64,000 bases of DNA from positions 576,001 to 640,000 of the forward strand of contig CBDCXM010000009.1 in assembly GCA_965223855.1 (NCBI GenBank), read 5' to 3'. The translations under genes and the position numbers were made by a program. This DNA is from Candidatus Multivoradales bacterium. GTDB taxonomy: Bacteria; Acidobacteriota; Thermoanaerobaculia; Multivoradales; JAHEKO01. The notes under the pieces were generated by a model. That model saw only the letters and a program-made list of their open reading frames with translations. It ran no database searches and was not told where the DNA came from. The stretch's first letter is position 1; each line of letters opens with the position of its first letter. This document shows positions 29,613-37,600 of the stretch, in pieces.

Positions 29613-30518
29613 TCAGGGGCCTCTTCCGGTCTTCTCCTCCAGCTCCTCCAGCGTCCGCGGCCAGTCCTTCTTCATCAGTTGCGACAGCACCCGGTCGGCG
29701 AGCAGCTTGCCGCCCGTCTGGCAGGTGACGCAGTAGTTGGCTTCGTTGTCGGCGTAGAGGATCCGCTGCACCGGATCGCCGCACACGGGGCACGGCTCAC
29801 CGTACTTGCCGTGCACCGCCATCTCGGGGCGGAAGGCGGTCACCTTGTCGGGGAACGCGCCGTCGAGCTCGGCGACGAAGCGCTCGCGCCATTCGGTCAG
29901 CACCTCGACCGCCGCTTCGAAGAGGCGCGCCGCCTCTCCGTCGCCGATCGTCGCGGTGCGCAGGAACGGCGAGAGCTGCGCCCGGTGGAGGATCTCGTCC
30001 GAGTACGCGTTGCCGACGCCGGAGAAGATCCGCGGGTCGGTCAGCGCCCGCTTGAGGGTGTGGCGGTGCGCCCTGAGCGCCGCGGTGAAACCCTCGACCG
30101 TACCGCCCACCACTTCAATGCCGCCCGGATCGTGCTCCGCGACCCCCTCCTCCCCCTCGACGACGTAGAGCGACGCCCGCTTCTTGCTCCCCGCCTCGGT
30201 CAAGAGCAGCGATCCGTGGGCGAAGTCGAACGCCGCCAGGCCGAGCTTGCGCGGCACCTTCACCCCGACGCCCTTCCAGCGCAGGCGGCCGGCGATCATC
30301 AGGTGGAGGACAAGATGGAGATCGCCTTCGAGGTCGAAGACGATCCGTTTGCCGAGGCGGCGCGCACCGACGACCTCGCGGCCATGAGCCTCCGTCAGCG
30401 GCGGCCGAACCGAGCGCAGCAGAAACGGGCTGCCCAGCCGGACGCGCTCCAACGGATGGCCCACCACATGTCCACGCAAAGCATGAACGTAGGCCTCTAC
30501 GTCGGGGTACTCGGGCAT
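29613..30518 (-). CDS. Fpg/Nei-family DNA glycosylase
   Basis: N-terminal MPE.P, R.GK, HLMIAG, GVGNAYSDEIL (H2TH), C-terminal CPVC...C..CQ zinc finger. Confidence 0.92.
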   Translation of the reverse strand: MPEYPDVEAYVHALRGHVVGHPLERVRLGSPFLLRSVRPPLTEAHGREVVGARRLGKRIVFDLEGDLHLVLHLMIAGRLRWKGVGVKVPRKLGLAAFDFAHGSLLLTEAGSKKRASLYVVEGEEGVAEHDPGGIEVVGGTVEGFTAALRAHRHTLKRALTDPRIFSGVGNAYSDEILHRAQLSPFLRTATIGDGEAARLFEAAVEVLTEWRERFVAELDGAFPDKVTAFRPEMAVHGKYGEPCPVCGDPVQRILYADNEANYCVTCQTGGKLLADRVLSQLMKKDWPRTLEELEEKTGRGP

Positions 30519-30590
30519 GCCTCGTCACTCTATCGGTGGCCTCACCTCCACCGGAGTACGAATCGTGCGAGACCGGATCGTGCTGGAGCT

Positions 30591-32576
30591 CTAGTCGGAG
30601 GCGTCGGGCTCGCGGCCGTTCAGGAGATCGAACCCCCGATCGATCTCTGCGTGACTGCCGACCAGCACCAGGTCGTCACCCTCCTCGAGCACGGTGCCGG
30701 CATCGGGGTTGGGCTGCGGCTTCTCTCCGCGAACGACCGCCAGCACGGTGGCGCCGGTGCGTCGTCGCAGGTCGAGGTCGCGCAGCGAGCGGCCGACGAC
30801 GGCACTCCCGGGCTCGATGCGGAAGATGTCGGTCGTCCCCGCCTCCAGCGCATCGAGGACCGCAGCCGACACCGCGGGGCTGCCCTCCGGCGAGCGGAGC
30901 ATCCGGTAGCCCTCGCCACGCAGCACCCGGGTCTGCGCCCGCACGACGTTGCGCGGCACGTGGAAGCGCTCGAGCACGAGGGTGAAGATCTCGATCGCGG
31001 TCTCGAACTCCTCGGCCACGACCTCGTTGGCGCCGAGCGCGCGCAGCTCCTCGATCTCGTCGAGCCGACGGGTCCGCACCACGAGCTCGACCGTCGGGTT
31101 GAGGTCTCTGGCGACCTGCACGGCGCGCTTCTGGGCGGTGTGGTCCGAGAGCGCGAACACCACGAGGCGCGCCCGCTCGATCCCGGCGTGCTCGAGCACC
31201 TCGCGCCGGGTCGCGTCGCCGAAGAAGATCGGTTCGCCGGCGCGCCGGCCGCGCTTCACCGTCTCGGAGTTGAGCTCCGCGACCACGTAGCGGATCCCCG
31301 CCTCCCGCAGCACCCGGGCGACGAGCCGGCCGCCGGCGCCGAAGCCGAGCACGATCACGTGTTCGCGGGCCGCCGCCACCTCTTCCGGCGAATCGGCGGC
31401 GGGCGACTCCCAGCGTCGAGCCCAGGCCCGGCCGGCGGCGGGTGCGAGAGAGACGAGGAGTGGCGTCAGGACCATGGTGAGCACCACGGCGCTCAGCAGG
31501 AGCTGGTACGCCGCCGCTTCGAGCAGGCCGTGCGATCGCCCCACCTCCATGAGGAGGAACGAGAACTCGCCAATCTGCGCCAGGCCGAGCCCGGCGACGA
31601 TGCGGATGCGCGCCGGCAGGCCGACGGCGAAGACGGCACCGCCGGCGACCACGCTCTTGATCACGACGACCGCCCCGGCCAGCAGCAGGATCGCCGGCCA
31701 GTTCGCGACGACGAAGCGCAGATCGACCAGCATGCCGATCGAGATGAAGAAGACGCTGGCGAAGAGATCGCGGAACGGCGCCACGTCCGCCACCGCCTGG
31801 TGGCTGTACTCGGTCTCCGAGATCAGCAGGCCGGCGACGAAGGCACCCAGCGCCAGCGAGAAGCCGAGCACATGGGTCCCCCATGCGAGCGCCAGGCACA
31901 GCCCGAGCGAGCCGAGGACGAAGGTCTCGCGGGCGCGGGTGCGGGCGATGCGGTCGAAGAGCGCGGGGGCGACCCGGCGGGCGATCAGCACGACGGCACC
32001 GATCGCCGCCAGCGAGCCGCCGAAGCGCAGCGCGAGATCGGCGGCCGACGCCCCCACCTCCCCGGCGAGCACCGGCACGAGGACGATCATCGGCACGATC
32101 AGGAAGTCCTGGAAGAGCAGGATCCCCAGCACCATGCGCCCCTGGGGCGTCTCGGTCTCGCGCCGGTCGCCGTAGAGCTTGAGCACGATCGCGGTGCTCG
32201 ACAGAGCGATGACGAAGCCGAAGAAAATCGCCCGCTCGATCGACAGGCCGAGCGCCAGGCTCGCCCCCGCCACCAGCACCGCCGTCACCCCCACCTGCAG
32301 CGTCCCGCCGACGAGGAACGGGCGGCGGAGCTCCCGTAGCTTGGCGAGCGACAGCTCGAGACCGATGACGAACAGCAGCAGCACGACGCCGATCTCGGCG
32401 AACACCTCGACATCCTCGGTGTCGGAGACCCAGCCGAGCGCCGACGGGCCGATCAGCACACCGGTCAGGAGCAGCGCGACGACCGGCGGGATCCGCAGTC
32501 GCGCCGTGACCAACAGAACGGTGACCGCGCTCGCCAGCAGGACGACGCTTTCCTGAAGCAGGTGTTCCAGGTGCAC
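30591..32576 (-). CDS. CPA2/Kef-type cation:proton antiporter with TrkA-N and TrkA-C domains
   Basis: AEIGVVLLLF.IGLE, LSSTAIV, LFQD, LAQIGEFSF, GFG..G, GDAT, C-terminal RCK-C domain. Confidence 0.92.
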   Translation of the reverse strand: MHLEHLLQESVVLLASAVTVLLVTARLRIPPVVALLLTGVLIGPSALGWVSDTEDVEVFAEIGVVLLLFVIGLELSLAKLRELRRPFLVGGTLQVGVTAVLVAGASLALGLSIERAIFFGFVIALSSTAIVLKLYGDRRETETPQGRMVLGILLFQDFLIVPMIVLVPVLAGEVGASAADLALRFGGSLAAIGAVVLIARRVAPALFDRIARTRARETFVLGSLGLCLALAWGTHVLGFSLALGAFVAGLLISETEYSHQAVADVAPFRDLFASVFFISIGMLVDLRFVVANWPAILLLAGAVVVIKSVVAGGAVFAVGLPARIRIVAGLGLAQIGEFSFLLMEVGRSHGLLEAAAYQLLLSAVVLTMVLTPLLVSLAPAAGRAWARRWESPAADSPEEVAAAREHVIVLGFGAGGRLVARVLREAGIRYVVAELNSETVKRGRRAGEPIFFGDATRREVLEHAGIERARLVVFALSDHTAQKRAVQVARDLNPTVELVVRTRRLDEIEELRALGANEVVAEEFETAIEIFTLVLERFHVPRNVVRAQTRVLRGEGYRMLRSPEGSPAVSAAVLDALEAGTTDIFRIEPGSAVVGRSLRDLDLRRRTGATVLAVVRGEKPQPNPDAGTVLEEGDDLVLVGSHAEIDRGFDLLNGREPDASD

Positions 32577-32707
32577 GGGGGGATTCTACGGGTCGGCTGC
32601 CAAGATGCCGTCTCGACTCGAGAACGAACTCACTCCCAACGGAGTCCGGAAGGACAGCACGAGCGTCAGACCCTCGCCCCTCTTGACTTGACCCAGAGTC
32701 ACACCAC

Positions 32708-32736
32708 TTGACAACAGCCTTTCGTTCGTCCATACT
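32708..32736 (+). promoter_or_regulatory. Sigma70-type promoter driving the retron locus
   Basis: TTGACA (32708-32713), 17-bp spacer, CATACT (32731-32736); predicted TSS near 32743. Confidence 0.75.
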
Positions 32737-32742
32737 CCCCTC

Positions 32743-33379
32743 ACTTCGGCCTTTGATTCAAAGGCCCAGATCTTTGAGACGTAGAGAATCTCTCTTGCGA
32801 GAGCGATCAGAAGGGGAAGATTCATGGAGCAGCGTCAACGCTGGCGCTGTTCGGGCTCCCGAGCCCTCTTAATGGGGACACATCCCCGCGACCGATTGCG
32901 GTCGAAACCTTCCACCACCCCTTGGCTGACTACCTACTGGTCTCGGTCTGACTATTCTCAGATCTAGATCGAATTGGTTCAGTTAGGAGTTGTGAGAGGA
33001 CAACGCGGCGGCAGCTGCGTTTGAAAGACGGGTTAACCAACGCTTCATCCCGGCGAATCTCGATCCAACCTTCTTTTCGGCGGCGGAAGGGCAATGGAGT
33101 CTTTCCGAGATTGCAAGGAGGTTTTCTATGAAAACCAAAGATCTGTCGCTCGCGCTCGCCAACCTTAGGCGTCTTCGGGCGGAACCGGGATTGGAGTTAG
33201 GTCATCGAAAGGTCCTGAACAAAGCTGAGAGGGAACTGAAAGCAGTAGCGCGATCAGGTAAGCCGCAACCCGACAGGGTATATCGAGCGGTAGAGCTGAT
33301 TTGCGAAGTTGCTCTTGAGGTGCTCTTTCAGTCGACGTCGGTGCGATAGACCAGGTTAACCCGTATTTCCATGAACTTC
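32743..33379 (+). ncRNA. Putative retron ncRNA (msr-msd-like hybrid RNA enclosing the small ORF); ends approximate
   Basis: Chain of short hairpins (32748-32766, 32830-32843, 32853-32866, 32874-32887, 32889-32904, 32947-32962). Long-range pairings 32816-32828/33368-33379 and 33023-33038/33354-33369. Lies upstream of a retron-type RT. Confidence 0.65.
33128..33349 (+). CDS. Small helical protein, putative retron effector/toxin
   Basis: 73 aa; strong RBS AAGGAGG at 33115-33121; first gene of the SP-HTH-RT operon. Confidence 0.7.
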   Translation: MKTKDLSLALANLRRLRAEPGLELGHRKVLNKAERELKAVARSGKPQPDRVYRAVELICEVALEVLFQSTSVR

Positions 33380-33380
33380 T

Positions 33381-33689
33381 ATGAACTACGGTAAAGCAAT
33401 AAAGATATGTCGCGCTGCATTCGACCTGAGCCAGGTCGATCTGGCGGCGCACCTATCTATTGGCCCGAGTCAGCTGTCGTTGGTCGAGGCTGGAAAGAGA
33501 CGTCCCAGCACGCGGACGATCGAGGAGATTTGCCAAACCCTTGGAATTCCGCCAGCGCTATTCCATGTACTCGCAGCCGACGGCGACACTCTGCAGTCAC
33601 AATCAAACGAACTAGTTTCCTCCCTTGGTGAGAGCCTTCTGCGGCTTCTGGTTTCCTCCTCATCGTCAACGGGCTCACGGCTCTCATGA
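33381..33689 (+). CDS. XRE/Cro-C1 helix-turn-helix protein (retron-associated)
   Basis: GKAIK..R....LSQ..LA..L.I..S.LS.VE.GKR.PS..TI..I...LGI; ATGA overlap with the RT gene. Confidence 0.88.
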   Translation: MNYGKAIKICRAAFDLSQVDLAAHLSIGPSQLSLVEAGKRRPSTRTIEEICQTLGIPPALFHVLAADGDTLQSQSNELVSSLGESLLRLLVSSSSSTGSRLS

Positions 33690-34564
33690 GGCCGCTTCTT
33701 TCCCTTCGAGATCTTGAGTGGAGACTCGAGATCCCACGTGAAGTACTTCGCAAGATCGCGAGTTCGATTCCGCTGCACTACCATCCTTGGCGAAAGGGAA
33801 ACCGGCTCATCGACAATCCGGACGAGCAGTTGAAGCACATCCAGCGGAGGATCAACTCTCGCCTCCTTGACGAGCTCGACTTGCCACTTCACCTTCACGG
33901 CGGCGTTCGTGGCCGATCACCTCGAACCAACGCACAAGCGCACAGCGCCGCCAAAACTCTCGTACGAATCGATGTAGAGAGGTTCTTTCCAAGCATCACG
34001 AACCGGCACGTGTACGGTGTGTGGCGCGACCAACTCGGAGCAGGCCGAGATGTGGCCAAGCTCCTGACTCAGCTGACGACGTATCGTTTTCGACTCCCGC
34101 AAGGCGCTCCATCAAGCGTAGCGCTAGCGAATCTCGCGCTGGCTCCGATCGAAGATTTCCTCTTGGTGCGTTCTGAGGAACTCAACATCGTTTTCACCCG
34201 TTTCGTTGACGACATCGCGTTGTCCGGGGACTATCCGCAGGAACTTATTCAAGACGTCGTTACGGGGCTTCGCTCGCTCGGCCTACGAAACAACCGCAAG
34301 AAGCTGAATATCATGGGGCCCCAATCGAACCGCCAACTGACCGGGCTCAACACCGAGAGCAGTGGCGGTCCTAGCGTCCCTCTGGAGTACCGAAATGGCC
34401 TGCGGTCAGCGGTCCATCGATATCGGCATTCTCGAGACGGCTCCGAGGAGAAGTCTAAGGCTCTCGACAGACTAAGGGGCCGAATCAACTACGTAAGGCA
34501 GACCAACCCCGGCTCGGCGAGATCACTTGAAGAGCTGCTGGTTGCCGTTGAAGCCCACGCCTGA
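33686..34564 (+). CDS. Retron-type reverse transcriptase
   Basis: LK.IQR.I, HGGV.GRS, NAQAH (retron region X NAxxH), D.E.FFPSI, LPQGAPSS..LANL, FTRFVDDI..SG (catalytic xxDD), N..K, QLTGL (region Y VTG-like). Confidence 0.9.
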   Translation: MRPLLSLRDLEWRLEIPREVLRKIASSIPLHYHPWRKGNRLIDNPDEQLKHIQRRINSRLLDELDLPLHLHGGVRGRSPRTNAQAHSAAKTLVRIDVERFFPSITNRHVYGVWRDQLGAGRDVAKLLTQLTTYRFRLPQGAPSSVALANLALAPIEDFLLVRSEELNIVFTRFVDDIALSGDYPQELIQDVVTGLRSLGLRNNRKKLNIMGPQSNRQLTGLNTESSGGPSVPLEYRNGLRSAVHRYRHSRDGSEEKSKALDRLRGRINYVRQTNPGSARSLEELLVAVEAHA

Positions 34565-34688
34565 GCATAGGTGGGCATCGCCGGTTTAGACCCAGCCGGT
34601 ACCGGCGAATGGACTGGGTCACGGAGTATTCCTCAGCGTCCGGCAGTAACCACCTTTCGCTCAGCTGTCCTGGCCGGTACCATCCCGC

Positions 34689-37600
34689 ATGCTTGATCGT
34701 CAGGTCGAATCAGGCCTGAACGTCTTCCACCCGACGATCGCGCGCTGGTTCACCGAGTCGCTCGGCACACCGACCGACGTCCAGGCGCGCGCGTGGCCGC
34801 GGATCGCCGCCGGGGAGCACCTGCTGGTCAGCGCTCCGACCGGTACCGGCAAGACGCTGACCGCGTTTCTGTGGGCGCTCGACCGGCTGCTCACCGGAGC
34901 GTGGGAGGGCGGGCAGGTGCGGGTGCTCTACGTCTCGCCGCTGAAGGCGCTCAACAACGACGTGCGGCGCAATCTGCTCTCACCGCTGGCGGCGTTGGAG
35001 ACTGCGTTCGAGACCGCCCGAGAGCCCTACGAGCCGGTGGAGGTGATGACCCGCAGCGGCGACACGCCGCAATCGGAGCGCCAGCGGATGGTGCGGCGGC
35101 CGCCGGAGATCCTGATCACGACGCCGGAGAGCCTCAACATCCTGCTCACCTCCAAGGGCGGGCGGTCGATCCTCACCGGGCTCGAGACGGTGATCTTCGA
35201 CGAGATCCACGCCGCCGCCGGGTCGAAGCGCGGCACCCACTGGATCACCGCCGTCGATCGGCTGGTGCCGCTGGCGGGGGAGTTCCAGCGCATCGCGCTC
35301 TCCGCCACGGTGCGGCCGCTCGAGACGGTGGCGCGCTTCGTCGGCGGCTACGAGATGCGGCCACTCGACGACGAGGGACGCGAGGTCGAATACCGCGAGC
35401 GGCCGGTCGGGATCGTCACCTCGGAGCGGGCGAAGGCGTACGACCTCGAGGTCGATCTCGGTGCGCCACAGCTTGCGGACGCGACCGCACCCGGCGGCAC
35501 AGTCCCGGGCACAGGCGAAGCCGGCATCAACGAAGACAAGGAGGAGAATGCCTGGGAGAGCCTCGCCGCCCGCATCGTCGACGTGGTGGCGCGCAACCGC
35601 TCGACGCTGGTGTTCGCCAACTCGCGCCGCACCACCGAGCGGCTGACGCGGCTGATCAACGAGCGCGGGAGCACCACCGGCAACGCCAGTCTCGCCTACT
35701 CCCACCACGGCTCGCTGTCGCGGGAGCTCCGCACGGTGGTCGAGCGCAAACTCAAGAACGGTGAGCTCCGGAGCATCGTCGCCACCAACTCGCTCGAGCT
35801 CGGCATCGACATCGGCTCGCTCGACGAGGTGGTGATGGTGCAGACGCCGCCGACGGTCGCGGCGGCGGTGCAACGGCTCGGGCGCGCCGGCCATCAGGTG
35901 GACGCCGTCTCGCGCGGGCGGCTCTATCCGCTGTTCGAGCGCGACCTGGTGAGCGCTGCCGTGGTCGCCCGCTGCGTGCTCGAAGGGGACATCGAGGAGG
36001 TGCGGCCGATCGAGGGGGCCCTCGACGTGCTCGCGCAGGTGATCCTCTCGATGGTCGCCACCGAGGCGTGGCCGCTCGACCGCCTTTTTCACACCGTGCG
36101 TTCGAGCGCCCCTTACCACCGCCTCAGCCGGCGGCAGTTCGACCTGGTTCTCGAGATGCTCGCCGGCCGCTACGCCGACACCCGGGTGCGGGAGCTGGCG
36201 CCGCGGGTGACGATCGACCGGGTCGAGGGGGTGGTGCACGCGCGCCCCGGGGCGGCGATGAGCGTCTACCTCTCCGGCGGCACGATCCCCGACCGCGGCT
36301 ACTTCGGCCTGCGCACCGTCGACACCATGGCGAAGCTCGGCGAGCTCGACGAGGAGTTCGTCTGGGAGCGCCGGGTCGGCGACACCTTCTCGCTCGGCGC
36401 CCAGAACTGGCGGGTGCGGCGGATCACTTCGAGCGACGTGCTCGTCTCCCCCGCACACCGCTCGGCCGCCATGACCCCGTTCTGGCGTGCCGACGCGCGC
36501 AACCGCAGCTTCTTCCTCTCCGAGCGGCTGGGCACGTTCCTCGAGACAGCCGACGCCCATCTCGAGGAGCCGGGCGGCCGTGAGGCGCTCCTGGCCGCCC
36601 TCACCGAGCGCCACGCGCTGAGCGCCGAGGCCGCCGCCGCGCTGGTCGATCTGCTGGAGCGCCAGCGCGAGGCGACGGGCGGGTCGCTCCCCCATCGGCG
36701 CCATCTGCTGGTCGAGCACGCCGACGACGCCACCGATCAGTCGGGCGGCAGGCGGATGCTGCTGCACACCGGCTGGGGCGGGCGCGTCAACCGGCCGTTC
36801 GCCATCGCGCTGGCGGCGGCGTGGGAGGAGCAGAGCGACCTGCCGCTCCAGATCGAAGCCGAGAACGATGTCGTGCAGATCGTCCTGCCGTCGCCGATGG
36901 CGATCGACGACCTGCTGGCGCTGGTGCGGCCCGACAACATCGAGAGCCTGCTGCGCGCCCGGCTCCAGCGCACCGGCCTCTTCGGCGGCCGATTCCGCGA
37001 GAACGCCGGCCGCGCGCTGCTGCTGCCGCGCTCCGACCTGCGACGCCGGATCCCGCTGTGGCTCACCCGCGAGCGCTCGAAGAAGCTCCTCGAGTCGGTC
37101 GCCGGCCACGAGGACTTCCCCGTCGTCGTCGAGACCTGGCGCACCTGTCTGCAGGACACCTTCGACCTGGAGGCGCTGCGCCAGGTGCTCGATGAGCTCG
37201 ACCGAGGCGAGATCCGCATCACCGAGTGCCGCACGCTCGCACCGTCGCCGTTCGCCGCCGCACTGGTCTGGCAGCAGACCAACCGGCTGATGTACGAGGA
37301 CGACGTGCCGGAAGGGGGCGGCGAGCTCAGCCGCACTCTCCTCCAGGAGCTGGTGTTCTCGTCGCAACTGCGCCCGCGACTCCCGGCCCAGTTGATCGAC
37401 ACGTTCCAGCGCAAGCTCCACCGCACCTTCCCGGGGTACGCGCCGACGACGATCCCGGAGGTCGACGCCTGGATCGGCGAACGGTTGGCGCTGCCGGTCG
37501 AGGAGTTCGAGGCGCTGCTTGCGGCGCGGGCGCGCCAGGTCGGCGACGCCACTACGGCCGAGCTGCTGGAGCTGGTCGATACCGAGGCGTGTGTCGTCAG

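Noticed and set aside
29679-32339. Long antisense ORFs (also 34980-37742, 48732-50816, 57540-60149)
   Set aside because: Shadow frames of real genes, expected in high-GC DNA with few stop codons.
32586-32825. 79-aa minus-strand ORF upstream of the retron
   Set aside because: Antisense to the predicted promoter and structured leader, with no recognisable motif; probably spurious, though not excluded.
33686-34564. Group II intron, DGR or CRISPR-associated RT
   Set aside because: Only 292 aa with no maturase/endonuclease domain, no TR/VR repeat pair, no avd or cas1; carries the retron-specific NAxxH and VTG-like motifs.
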